A stretch of 64,000 bases of DNA from Microthyrium microscopicum (lineage: Eukaryota). The notes under the pieces are model-generated. The model did not search any database, was not told the origin of the DNA, and saw only the letters and a program-made list of their open reading frames with translations. The stretch covers positions 1,928,070 through 1,992,069 of the forward strand of contig MU004236.1 of NCBI GenBank assembly GCA_010405405.1. Reading direction: 5' to 3'. Made by a program: the position numbers and the translations under genes. Each line of letters starts with the position of its first letter. Position 1 is the first letter of the stretch. This document shows, piece after piece, positions 10,771 through 23,062 of this stretch.

Positions 10771-13700
10771 TATCTAGGACTTGTGGACTGGATCCGATTC
10801 TCGTGCCCAAGCGATGGGTTGGGACAAAGGGGAGTTTCCGGAGGCGGTGAGACTGTGTAGAACGGGGTGGTATTAAAGTGCATGAAAGCGCAACTGGCGG
10901 AAGCAGTTCGCTTAATTAGGGAGGAGTAAGTGGCGAGCCAGTCAACCACGATGCGTTAAATGGCGGATTGATGGCAGTGGCGGGTGTGTTTGGAGACTGA
11001 GCGATTTTTCTTGTTGCCTCAGTTGCCTCTGAGGTTGTATGGGGTCTGGTGGAGCCAGGCAGAGGTTGGGTACGATTGGAGGGGGCGAACTAGGCTCGTC
11101 GGGTGATGTAGGTACGCGCGGGTTGCTGGCTTGTGGTGAAGCAGGCAAAGCCACAGCTTGCGTGTGTGATATGAAGTCGTGTCGGAGGTTATTGGGATTA
11201 GAAAGTAAGAGTCCTAGTCGCGATATTATATGGGGGAGAGATGTTGGAGTTGAGTTGAGTTGAGTTGAAAAGAGTCGGGAAGTTTGAGACGGTAAGAGCG
11301 GGTGATGGATGGGTGGACCTTTCCTAAAAGGGGGGGTGGGTAGTACTTGTGCTCGCAGCTCAAATACAAGAAATGGTCCGAGCTCGGCTTAGCTAATGGA
11401 TTATGGCCCGATTACAAGTAAGAGATGAGTTATGATGCCAAGTTGCCAACTGATTCACAATGAGACTGCACACCTGGCCAAGCCGATTATGCACTCTGGG
11501 AATCTCTGTCTAGACTGTGCGGTGGCTTCGTTGTTCTTTTCCAAATATCTCCGATTGAGTATTTGTCGTCGCGTTTTGCTCGCTCTTTGTTACCCCGTTT
11601 GATACCGTATACGGTACCTGGCACGGAATTGCGTGGAATCGATCGCTGCCAACTTATTTTAGCCACTGCCTCTCAGGCCAAAGTTAGGCATGATCATCTT
11701 ACCACAATTGGCTCGTCAAGCGTACGATATACGGAAGCAATCGCTCTCAATTCCCTTGACAATTTTCTTTCACCGTATGTGGCTCAGCTCGTTGTACACG
11801 CAGACTCAATGAATTGATATCCCACTTTGGACTGTTAGGCGATTCTTCGGATGACAGCGGTCTATTCGGGGTTCACCACGGCGCCGGCGATTGAAAAGCT
11901 GAGGCAGCGCAGTGAGTGCGGCGGATACGGTATGACCGTGCCGAGGATTCCCAGTCTACAATGGCTGTCAATTATCTTTGATGTTGTAATCTCGCCAGGG
12001 CTGGGCTGCTGAAAAGTCGGTGTTAAGGCCAGGGGGATTGTAAATTGGGTGACAATCAGCTTGTTTCCAAAGCAGTTTCTCTGCAGTGCTCGGTCCGATG
12101 ATTATTCAACTGCGCAATTATTCACCTATTCCTGGAAGATAGGAAACTTATGGAAAAAGACTCTTCCAAAATGATATGGCAGCATAAGCTAAAAGATCCA
12201 CGGGGACAATTACCAAGCGAGCCATGTGCTGTGAAATGGTTTCTATTATATCTTGATCTGATTGAAACCAACAGCCTGATGTGCCTGGCGCTTTCATTCC
12301 CATCACATTGGCATCAACCCAGAAGCTCCCGCTTTTAGGCTCTTCTTGCTCATTCTCACACTCTACACACCCCCCGTGCCCCCTAGCTATCCTCGAAACT
12401 GTTGAAAATAGCCTCTTTATTCTTACTTGGATGTGCCTGTTGAAAGTGATTCAGCTAAGCCTACCCCACCACCAAATGCCTCACATCTTTACCAGTAAAA
12501 CTCGAATCACTTCCCAACTCATACACTCATACATTAACCTATTGCCCATCACCATCAAAACCCATTCCGATCATCTAGCAATTATTGCAGCCCAATAGTC
12601 ATCGCCTCATATGTGCCATAGCATCATTGCGCAACGGTAGAAGTCTGCCTTTGCGTCATAATCCTATGCCAACACCATGTCTTTGCTGGAGTGAACCAGC
12701 GCTGTCCCACCACGTTGTTCCAACGGCTGCAGGCCCAGTCGACAAAAAGGAAAGCTGCCAATCATCCGACACGTCCAGGATTTTCTGTCTCTTTCTCACT
12801 TGTGTGATCAGCCCGCAGACTCAGCGCTTCATCCCTTCTGTTGGGCCATATTGGTCCACTGAATCTTCGTGTTAAGACCAGTCTTATACATGTCTTGGTC
12901 GTTTCTCCCTAGTCACCGCATCTATCCCATGCCTTCTATACCCTCTACGATTACATCCAGTAAAAGATGTCACTATACGCAGCCTCACGCACAATATCCC
13001 TCCACACATATTTCTTCCGCTCATATCCATAGCAAGCCACAGGCGAACATGCCCAAGTTCGATGGCAACTTTTCAACGCCTTGCGACATGACAGGTCAAA
13101 CGCGCATATCGGGGACGACGGAACTTCATCGATCGATTCTCTTTCGTTTCCTTCACCAAAGCACTACTGCATCACCTACATTAGGTCTGACCAGTAAGCA
13201 CCCGCCAATCCTTTCCTCAACAACACCCCAACACCCGCCTTCCCTCCAAAGCATTCCTCTCACAGTTCTACTTCTGGCCTCGCACATGACATCCCATCAT
13301 CCATCAACCCCTCGCTCGTCTGTTCCCCAGCTTATTCGCACGGTCCCCCCAGTCACCGCTCCAATTCTCCACACCCCGCGCAACAAGTGATTGACAGGCC
13401 CTCCCATTTCGCTCTATACATCCGTCTACCAAAGTTTGAAAAAATAAACCGCTCGTGCGTCGAAGCTCCTGGAAGCTACCTCTTACGTTCTCTACGGGGG
13501 TGTTGTGTGGTCCATTAACGTGGCCAATCGCGGGGCACGGGTTAGCACTGCCTCCTTGTCCGCGTGGCCAATCGCGTGCCCTTAACTTTATGTACGTACC
13601 TTTTACGGAGTACGAAGGTAGAAATGGGGAACACGAAATCGCTTTGATGGGGCAGTGTTCATGAAAAAGATGAACCGAGGCCTCAAATATCGACCGGACG

Positions 13701-16700
13701 TGGATTGGCGTTGATTTGGCCTCTATGGCCTCGTATGTAAAGATGAGTTTGTGAGTTCGTGGCATGCGCTGGATGGTGTAGAAGCATTTCTGGATATGCG
13801 TGAATAGTGATGCGGACCAATCACCATCAAGGGGTATGGAATGAACCACTCATGTTGACATATGCATTGCGCTGCGTGAATCGTGAGGCCTAGACTGGTC
13901 TGACAGGACTGGTCTTCTGTCTGTGGACTAGGTTCGCAGTATCGTGAGGCAGATGGTAGTAAGATAAGTGCGTTATTTTCGATATCTTTAGGGGTATTTA
14001 CGAAGCTGCTCCGCCTCAGGGGTGAAGTTAGGGGTTTATTTGGTTGCCTCATTGCTGGTTTGGGACCGAGGAAGGCCTCAGCCTGATGGGTGGAGATGCT
14101 ACGTTTTTGCGCACGGGCTTTGTTCAGCCTTGTGGACAGCCTTGCGGTGGATTAGATTTGGGGGCTGTTCAATGTTGGCGATTTGGAAGATTATACCGTT
14201 AGGCTGAGATAGGCTGTTGAAATTGACGTTTGTCGCGATATGCTGTTGGAGAGTCAATTGTTGCGCCGTTTGCTTCTGGGTATTCTGGCAATGACAATAC
14301 CTCCGTGGCACGGATTGTGGTCTTCAAGCTTGACAAACTGTTCCGTTCCGCCGGACTGAGCATGACTTCTCAATTATGCTTCGGATAGAGTATATGTGTT
14401 ATTTGAGCGATTACGTGCCATTTCCGACTAGTTCAAACTCGGTCAAACAATAGTCATGGTGCTCTATGGCGGTTTTCTTTCTTCCATCACAGCGCAAGCA
14501 AAACGACTTGCTTCTCAGAGGGCTGACTTCTGTGGAAACAAACTGTCGACACAAGATTTGCTTTTCTGTTCTCAATCTTCGTCAACGGGTGTTGCTTCGT
14601 GTCTAGTTCTGATCGACAAACTAACGAGAACTTTGTGTGCGAGCAAGGCCAGAGCCTATCTCAGCATGTGCTCAAGAGAAGTCGAGTCAAAAAGGCCCAT
14701 CAAGGATCAACTCAAGACTTGATTATTGATTGCGGACAAGGCTTTGGCTCTCTCGTCAAGCTTTCAGGACTCGATATGTCTACACAATGCAAGAGAGCGC
14801 GGCTTATGAGGCGGCGCTGGAGAAGGCGTGTATCTACACAAATTCCTATACAACTCTTTTCTATAGCGTATTTGCGCACTATATAGCAATCTCCAATTCC
14901 CAGAACTAAAGTTTCATTTATGTTTTCGTTAATCATGTGATTTCAAGAGCCTTTCTACCTATAATATGGCAAATATATCTCATTTCATGCTGTAACACGC
15001 CTAAGATGCATCCTTCTTTTTAACACGCCTATATAAGCGCATTCCCTACGAACGCTACCATCTGTTCCTAGTTACTTCTTGCTGCGGGAATTGTGTTCTT
15101 TTCCGGCATGAAATTTTTACCGCTACCGAGGTTACTGGGCTTCTATATAGGATAATGCGGATACACTTGTCATCACCGATCTCTGAACTACCTCGAGTCA
15201 TGCTACTCAGCACCCTGCTGGGCCAGAATTCACTTTGATCTACTTCGCTTAGTGATTGTTCTATGGTCCAAGCGTTCCAGAGATTGTATTTAAACTTTTG
15301 CCAAAATTCCAACTTCATCCTTTCTTCCTCACAGGCAATCCACATTCATGGATTTGCCTGTGGTATTGTTTCTAAAGCTGCGTCTGCAGCTATTTTGAGT
15401 CTGGATGAATTTGGGGCAGCTTTGAAAGGAGCAAGATGCGATGTGGTTCCATAATCATGCAGTGTTCAGGGAATCCAATACAAACCTTTCAAGGCCGAAT
15501 ATCGTGCCGCGCACATTTCTTTTCGAATTGGCGGCAATGTCTTTGGCCATATTTAAGTTTGGATGAAGTTATACTATGCGCACAGCTGTGCTCTCGTGCG
15601 CATCCATGAGAGCTTGGAACTATCTTAGGCTGATAGCAATAAAGTCGTCTTGCATTGAGCAACACAAGCACTTGTTCTTACTCAACTAGACTTATGCGAT
15701 GGATTCTAGACATGGAAAGAGCTTCTGATCTCTGGTACATCCATGCCTGTACAATGCCGCATCATTAATTGGTGCAGAATATATTTACCACCTCCAACTT
15801 GGCGCAATTGCCTAATCGGGTAATATGCTATGGTTTCAGGGGCACCCAACTTCACTGTCACATAATCCTCCGAGAAGTGACTGTCAAGTCCTGGACCAAG
15901 CTCCCGAGCTTCTCAACAACTGGTTTTATGTCTCCGGCTTCATTTTCAATTCTGTTTTCCTCTCCCACCCACTTCCCAGCTTTCTGCCCTTTTGTCACGA
16001 CAGCTTCTACCAACACTGCCTTCAACGAGTCTCACGAGACACTCTATACTGCCGCTATCATTGCGATATTGCTCGATTCTATTACGGCCTTCTATTGTGA
16101 CAGTACGAGAGAGCACATTTCATTTGGTAAGTCATTCCCTTCGAATCTTCGCGTCGACAGCTTGGGCATAGCGCATCAGCCCAACGTCACTGCAACATTG
16201 TGCCGCGAGGACGCGGGTTGAAGCGACTGTTGGCCCATTGATATCAGCCTCTTCTTGTTCTTAGACTCTGCTCAAGACTTCTGTCGCACACCACCACTCC
16301 CACCAGTTTTCCCATCTCTCATTCCGCCGCCCTGAGCATTTCGAGGATTCTTCTGCAGCTACTAAACTCCATTTGCGCAGATCCCTGGTACTTCTCAGCT
16401 TCTCTAGCTTCCTCTCGCCATTGTGCGCCATATCGGTAAGTCCATTGTCCCTGCCTCTTGACTATCCCGTTGCTGTGGTCGCGAGCGGCTTCCATTCACT
16501 ACACTCCACCTCAACATCAAAACAACCGAGTCCACCTGTGGAGAGACCGCAATAGTGTTAGACTGCGTCTCTCTTGGCGAGCGTGGCTTGATTCCGTTGC
16601 TGTTTTCTGTTGCACTCATTACTCCTCCTTCTCCAAGTCCCGGCACCCTCACAACACAACCTCTTCCACACCACCAAACCCCCAACCCACATTTCCGCTT

Positions 16701-16824
16701 CTCTCTATCACACTCTCCATTGCCTCAGCAATTGCCATTGATTCTAATTATCCTCCAGCTTTCAAAAGCTATCATAACTCCAAGGAGTTTCTCTTGAAAT
16801 CATTCGCCTCTTTCTAGGTCAAAG

Positions 16825-16919
16825 GTACGTGGTCTTCTTGCCTCTATCGCCCACATCCTCCATCAAAACAAGCATGCTGTCTTGGACTACCATTGATCAA
16901 TCAACTAACATCTCCCTAG
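16825..16919 (+). other. Probable 5'-UTR intron of kinase paralog 1
   Basis: AAG|GTACGT donor, ACTAAC branch site and CCCTAG acceptor, ending 88 nt before ATG 17008. Confidence 0.6.
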
Positions 16920-17007
16920 ACCTACAACCACATCAATCACCCTCTTCGGCCATTGAGCCTTCCTCTTACAACCGGACGTTCCATCAACTCCTCCTCCCGA
17001 TATCACG

Positions 17008-20000
17008 ATGTCGTCGGCATTGGGCTCTGCTTCCTCCGCCGATGGCGCTCGCGGCCTACGAGCCAAGTTCTCCAAATTCGAAAAGCGGACCTTGAAGAAG
17101 GTCTCCAAACTATTCAAACGCGCAAAATCCTCCAGGGCGCATCAAAAATACACCGAAAAGGTCTCCGATTCAGATCAATCACCCCCAGAGCCGTCACGAC
17201 CACCTCCCCCGATTCCAGACCTAGCCTCTTCTCCCCACGACTCTCTTTCTCCTACCAATGCAGTTGAGACTACCTCGGTCAACTCAGCTGTCGTACCCGT
17301 TTCAACGGCTGGCTTCATTCGGCCCGATGGCTACCCTGTGCGAACTTCCTCGCTAAGACAGACCGAGGGGCCTGTTACGTTATATGATGGACCCATTGAA
17401 ACCAACTACACCGCATTCAAACAGCAGTCGTCTTCCGATCAGCACTATTCTCCAAAGCTGGACCCTCTGATCGAAGAAAACGACGAAGAAGAGTGCTCTG
17501 CGCCTACGCAACCCGCATCTTCACAAGTCGAAGGCGCAGCTGCAACGTTCTCGACAGAAGATGCTTTCAAGCAGTTGTTATTGAGACTGGATATGCTGCA
17601 GGAGCGCGTTGCCGCAATAGACGCCAAGATTGACCGACGCGAATATAAATCGATTGGGACACAGACAGAGGGCAAAGAATTGGCAGAGCCAACACCTCCT
17701 GAATCAGTCAAGGGCGATCAGTCAGAAGGCTCTAATTCCCACAGAGAACAACGCGATGCTTGCGTGGCCCCTCAGAAGGAAGAGACTACGTCTCGATCAG
17801 GCTCCCTAAAACCGAATGAGACATCCAGTTCGGCTCCAGTTGTGTCTTCGAACGCTGCGGTTGTTCTACCAGAGGAAGAAGTTGCGCCCGAAGAGGAGGT
17901 TTCTCAAGAACAGGTCGTTCAAGAACAGCAGGTCGTTCAAGATGAACAGCCTTCTCTTAGTGCTGCGGCGCCTCCTGCAATTGCGCAGTCCTTTTGGAAT
18001 GTTGTTCTAGATCAGCCATCGCCCAAACAAGCGGACAACCCAAAACCAGAACTCCTTGAATATACCCAGCTGCTCAATAACATCGAGGAATTTATGGGCG
18101 AGGAGGTTGCGCCTAAGTTTGCGCCTGGTGATGCAGAAGCCTCTGGATCCAATCCTGGAGATGAAAATGGGCACTTGGAGCAACGAAGCCTACAATTCCG
18201 CCAGTTCCACCCACATGAGCCCCTTCCGCTTGCCTCCGAGGAGCTCAATGGAGTCAGTCTGGCAGGATATGTCTTCCCAGCCAGCCCTTACCCCGTGGTA
18301 CGGGAAGACTTCTCTTCCATGGCGCGCATGGCCACCTCCGCTGAATCCCCTGTGACTGCTGTTCAGCTCCCCCAGGCCACAGCTGTCCAAACTCCGGTCG
18401 TTCCAGCTACGGTCGCGCCTTCCGTCGTCTCGCTGGCGGTTCCTCAAAAACGAAAGGCTCCGTCCCCTCAAACAGCCGAAGAACGCAAAGCAGAGCCTGA
18501 GCGCAAGAAGAAACGTTCTGCTGCGGTTGCTGCGGTTGCGGTCGCTCCTGTTGTGGTCGCTCCTGTTGCGATTGCTCCTGTTGCGATTGCTCCTGTTGCG
18601 ATTGCTCCTGTTGCGGTTGAGCCAGCTGTGGCTGCTCAAGCTCCAGAATCCCCATCGGAGCTCAAAGAACGGGAGGACCGCGAGCGATGGGGAGAAATTC
18701 TGGAATTGAGAAATAGGGACATTGCACCGGTCATATACGATCTTTTCCAAGGTGCTAAGGTCATCCAGATGATTGGTAAACGGGGCAGTTTCCATCGCTG
18801 CTGGATTGTCACATTTGAGAGTCCTACGGAAGGCGAGATGAAAGTCGTCGTTCGCATTTCGATCCGGGCTACACGTGAGCGCTGGACTGGAGAAGACGCT
18901 TGGAAATTGAAGAACGACAGCCGTCAGCTCAAGTGGCTGAGCCCGCGCTTCTCATGTGCTGCCAAAGTCTATGCCTTCAGCACTGACTTTGATAATTCAA
19001 TTGGGCGGCCTTACCAGATTCAAGAGTACAAGGAGGGAATATCTCTTGACCGAGCATGGAATGCTGATCCAAGACACTTCGGCTTCTCAACGACTTTCGC
19101 ATTGCAAAAGCAGTTGATTCTAAACGTGGCTGAGAAGTATAGGGAGCTGAGCCATCTGGGGGATTTCCGTGCTTCTGGTGGTCTCTATTTCAATACAGAC
19201 GACCCCAACGCTCCTCCTGAAGTAGGACCATTTTTTCAGGAAGGTTGCCATGAGCGAAACCTGGAGCCTCGCTTCTCTCCTGGTGCGGCTGACTTCGGGC
19301 AAGTCCTTGCCAGCAAATTTGCGAAAATGCATGAAATTACTTCTACAAAGCCATGCAAACCCGACGAGGCCTTAGTCCGCACTGGAGCTGTTTGGTTGAT
19401 CAAGTCCTTTTTGAAAAAGGTCTACCCATCGCTGACTGATGATGAGGTTGACCGGCAGCGTGAGATGCTCGAGGACGATGAAGAGGAGGTTCGAGTTGAA
19501 TGCTGGCAAGAAGCTCTGGGCCAGATCATCCGCCATTCATCCGACGATACTACACTGCCACGATTTTTGATCAAGCATCCTGATTTCAATTGGCAGAATA
19601 TCTTGATCAACGACAAAGGTGAAGTCGTTGCGTTCATTGATATGGACCAATTAAGCGTTGTTCCAGCGGAGCTTGCTTGCGCAGCGCCCCCGTTTTTCAT
19701 GTACCCGGACTGGAATCCGTGCTACAAACACCTCATATACGACCCTAGCATCAAGCGCTCCTCCCTACAAGATGCTAAGATGAACCGATGGTTCTATGCG
19801 AAGTGCCTTGAGAACCAGCCAACCGCGGGTTCTCAGGACCTATACAAAAAGGGTTGGGCTCATGTTCTGGCTGCGATATGGGAACCCTTGAAAGAAGGGA
19901 ACATGAACTGGCTGATTATGGTAGCCGAAGAGATGCTTGCGCAACGATATTCGGAGTCGAGCGAAAAGAGTATCGAGGCCAAGCTCATGTTTCTTGGTGG

Positions 20001-20130
20001 TAAGTGTCCGGATTTGACTGAGTCGGTTCAAAAAGGAGTCATGGAGGTTATCGGCACATGGATGGAGCAGGAAAATGCAGATTTTGCCGATGGATTTGGG
20101 ACGGTATTGGAGGCTGTATTCAGCACTTGA
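17008..20130 (+). CDS. APH/choline-kinase-like phosphotransferase, paralog 1, with about 560-aa low-complexity N-terminus
   Basis: GSFHRCW loop, VVVR, IGRPYQIQE, catalytic HPDFNWQNILI and FIDMD motifs; 1040 aa. Confidence 0.85.
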   Translation: MSSALGSASSADGARGLRAKFSKFEKRTLKKVSKLFKRAKSSRAHQKYTEKVSDSDQSPPEPSRPPPPIPDLASSPHDSLSPTNAVETTSVNSAVVPVSTAGFIRPDGYPVRTSSLRQTEGPVTLYDGPIETNYTAFKQQSSSDQHYSPKLDPLIEENDEEECSAPTQPASSQVEGAAATFSTEDAFKQLLLRLDMLQERVAAIDAKIDRREYKSIGTQTEGKELAEPTPPESVKGDQSEGSNSHREQRDACVAPQKEETTSRSGSLKPNETSSSAPVVSSNAAVVLPEEEVAPEEEVSQEQVVQEQQVVQDEQPSLSAAAPPAIAQSFWNVVLDQPSPKQADNPKPELLEYTQLLNNIEEFMGEEVAPKFAPGDAEASGSNPGDENGHLEQRSLQFRQFHPHEPLPLASEELNGVSLAGYVFPASPYPVVREDFSSMARMATSAESPVTAVQLPQATAVQTPVVPATVAPSVVSLAVPQKRKAPSPQTAEERKAEPERKKKRSAAVAAVAVAPVVVAPVAIAPVAIAPVAIAPVAVEPAVAAQAPESPSELKEREDRERWGEILELRNRDIAPVIYDLFQGAKVIQMIGKRGSFHRCWIVTFESPTEGEMKVVVRISIRATRERWTGEDAWKLKNDSRQLKWLSPRFSCAAKVYAFSTDFDNSIGRPYQIQEYKEGISLDRAWNADPRHFGFSTTFALQKQLILNVAEKYRELSHLGDFRASGGLYFNTDDPNAPPEVGPFFQEGCHERNLEPRFSPGAADFGQVLASKFAKMHEITSTKPCKPDEALVRTGAVWLIKSFLKKVYPSLTDDEVDRQREMLEDDEEEVRVECWQEALGQIIRHSSDDTTLPRFLIKHPDFNWQNILINDKGEVVAFIDMDQLSVVPAELACAAPPFFMYPDWNPCYKHLIYDPSIKRSSLQDAKMNRWFYAKCLENQPTAGSQDLYKKGWAHVLAAIWEPLKEGNMNWLIMVAEEMLAQRYSESSEKSIEAKLMFLGGKCPDLTESVQKGVMEVIGTWMEQENADFADGFGTVLEAVFST
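18538..18612 (+). repeat. Coding minisatellite, 5 x 15 bp (AVAPV/VVAPV/AIAPV)
   Basis: GCGATTGCTCCTGTT three times exactly, preceded by two variant units. Confidence 0.9.
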
Positions 20131-20619
20131 TTGGGATTGCTTATTGCTATGAGCGTTGGTTTTGCTCATGTTGGAGAATTGTTTACTTGTTTTGAGGAAG
20201 TTATATACCCACTGGAATACTAGCAAGGAGTTGGGCTTTGATTGGGCAGTAGAATATATATTAGACTCTCTTGCAATTAAAACAATTGCAAAATTTCTGG
20301 TTATCTGTGAGTAATGTTTGGCTCGATAATCACAATCCCATGAGGACACTGACAGTTTGTTCAATTTATGCTTCACTAACTGGGCACAAAACATGATATG
20401 GTCAAATCATGATACTATTGAATGCTCTCAGGCTGTTATTAGACAAACATGACAAACAATGGTCAGAGCTGCCTGCAGTGTTGGCTCTACTTGAGACGGA
20501 CGATGTCAACTACAACGAGATTTCGCTGAGTCTGGAAGACTTGCACTAAATTAGCTACATGACTTACATATTTAAGGCGGATTAGATTATAGACTATGGT
20601 TTCCGCTATCATTCGAGTC

Positions 20620-21675
20620 CATCTATTGCCTCGTTGAAGAAATCTTGTCTGGGAGGTCTGTTGGCTGCCCATCACAACATCCATCCAGGAATTTTATTTG
20701 CACCATCGCCAAATGGCACGAGATATTGATAAAGTCTCCAGCCAAGTCGTTTGCCTAATATAGGGATTTGTTGGGTGCGACAGCTTCGGAAACTTCTGAC
20801 TTCCGCAAAAATGCTATGCAAACTGAAGTCGGCCCATTCTACCACGAGGGCATTCATGAGTGGCAAAAGCCGCCATGCTTTACGCCTGGCGGAACCGACT
20901 TCACCAAAGTCCCAAAAGAATAATAAGGACGAATGAACGTACGCATACAGCAAAGCAACACTAACAGAACTATGGCCTCCCGAGGCCGCGTATGTGGGTC
21001 GCTCTTGCTGCTGGAAAAGGTCCTCAAGTACTAGCTCCCCAGTTTCAGCCTCAATACTGCCAGTCTTGAAGCCACCAAAATGATGAAGCCGGGCGCTGAG
21101 GATGTCTTGAGAGTGGAAGATCTCGGCAAATATATTCCACTGCAGAGTAACATGTGACCGGCTCCCGGTTTGGGCTATCAGGTCTTCAATTGATACACCG
21201 GGACATAGGTTGGCAAAACATATTTGTCAACGAGAAGGGCAAAGTTGTCGCGTTTATTGATTGTGATGAGCTGGACGTTCTAGCCGCAGCAATGGGTTAC
21301 GTTGCTCCGCCCATTTTCTTATACGCAAATTGGGTTTGCGGGTATTACCACTTTGTCGACAGTCTTACAATCCTAGAAAGCTCCATCAAGGAGATGAAAG
21401 CCAACCCCAAGCGCCTCAACGTCTTTCTCTTTCAACAGGAAGGAGTGAGCGAGCAGGACCTGCGCCATGCTCGTCTGTCCCATGTCCTAGCTGCAATATG
21501 GGCAGTTCTGAAGAACGAGTTCGCCACAGGCGGTCTGGAGTGGCTTATCATGAAGACTTTGTCTCAATTCCTGCTATTGAGTTCGACTAATGAGGAGAAG
21601 TGTCTGGAGATCTTGCAGACTCAGGAGAGCGTTCTGACAGTGGTCAATGCATGGATGGAATTTGAGAGCCTTTGA
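20620..21675 (+). pseudogene. Pseudogene of the same APH-like kinase family (paralog 2)
   Basis: LVEEILSGRSV; EVGPFYHEGIHE (from 20825) followed by TAA TAA, a later TAG and a frameshift; then HRDIGWQNIFV, FIDCD, SHVLAAIW. N-terminal extension missing. Start approximate. Confidence 0.8.
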
Positions 21676-23062
21676 GCTAGGTTCCGGTGCCTCTGGCATA
21701 ATCGTAGATGAGGATTGAAATTTTGGGAACTATTGGGCGAGCTTACGAATCATGAGAGAGGAATTCAACAAGACAGTTTTGACCATAAGAGATAATGTCA
21801 TTCTATTCAAGGTCAATGAACTACTTGTGGGCAGCTAGAGTAGCATCTCAAATACGACATTAAATACGTTTGATTTCCAGGTCATTTGGAAAGCAAGCAC
21901 AAACATGGCATACGCCCCGTTAAGCTGCGCAATACTAACAGTAAACTTACTATCTATGAACAATGGAGAAACTCCAGAATTCTGGCTCAATATGGTGTCC
22001 CTTATCTCAGAATATTGCCTGCACTTTCCCTGCCAGCGTTCCTGGCTCCGTTGGCTTGCTAAAGACATATGCCCTTTAAGACCCTCAGCTGACCTTTTAA
22101 ATTTGCAATGTACTATGTCGACTACCTAGGTATACTTATAGGATGGGTTGGAATGCAATGAAGTGTAAAGAAATCGGGGCAGATGCTTCGACCTCTGGTT
22201 TGGCAAGACTACCTGCAAAGCCCATTGCATGGTCACTGATCGTTTTCTAGCGACTTAATACAATAGTCTTAATCGAAACTTGACCATCTCAATTCCCAAG
22301 TAGTTATAAAAACCTATTACTTCGTTGTAAGTAAATAAGACAAGTGTCGGCGAAGCTTTGGCTCAGTGATGCGGAAGAATAAAATTCCCTCCGCTATCTG
22401 CGTGAAGAGTCTGGGGTTACTTTTTATGAGCATGCACGCCGACTCAACTTGTATGATCATTCATGAGGAATTGAACTGGGCAGAGAAGCATCAGTAACTT
22501 ATGCAATATCAGTACTTGATTGATCTTTTGATATGATCGAAGGATCTTGGCCAAAGACCTATAGACTGACCCCCATAAAATTGACACCAGTGGAACTACC
22601 AGATAGGCACTTATATATTCTATAGAGAAAGCCACGCCTCTTAGCTGGCTTGTTGAAATAAGTGATTATGCTGGAAATAGAATCGTTATCTCTAGATGCA
22701 ATGCCGCCTTTATCAAAGAATACAAGTCTACACCTACTCGTGATGGCACTGTTACTTGCTTATGCCCCGAATCAGACTCTCTCAAATCAGATACTAGACG
22801 TTCATTCGAGCCGTAATGTGCGCCTCCATGTTTCTCAGCTCGTTTGTTTACATCAATGTCGAGGCCTCTACGCGTGGTCTTCACCTCAAAATTTACGACG
22901 CATTTACGACGCGTTCGCGTGTCAACAGAGAGCTAGAATATTTCACTTCATTCATCCCAACCTAGAGCCTATAATTCCCCGGCTCGTCAATAGATTCTTT
23001 GCTCAGACCTTCTCCACAACATGCACTCCCATCCTCGACTACAGTTCCAACCACCACTCGAA

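Noticed and set aside
11245..11268. (GTTGA)n run, and other short duplications such as CAAGGTTGAC x2 near 32615
   Set aside because: Ordinary slippage microsatellites.
11300..16800. Many 60-180 aa ORFs in the long intergenic region
   Set aside because: No recognisable motifs, many non-ATG starts, and composition typical of non-coding or UTR sequence.
21032..21034. TAG in the kinase pseudogene as an editing site
   Set aside because: The same copy also has TAA TAA and frameshifts, so editing could not rescue it.
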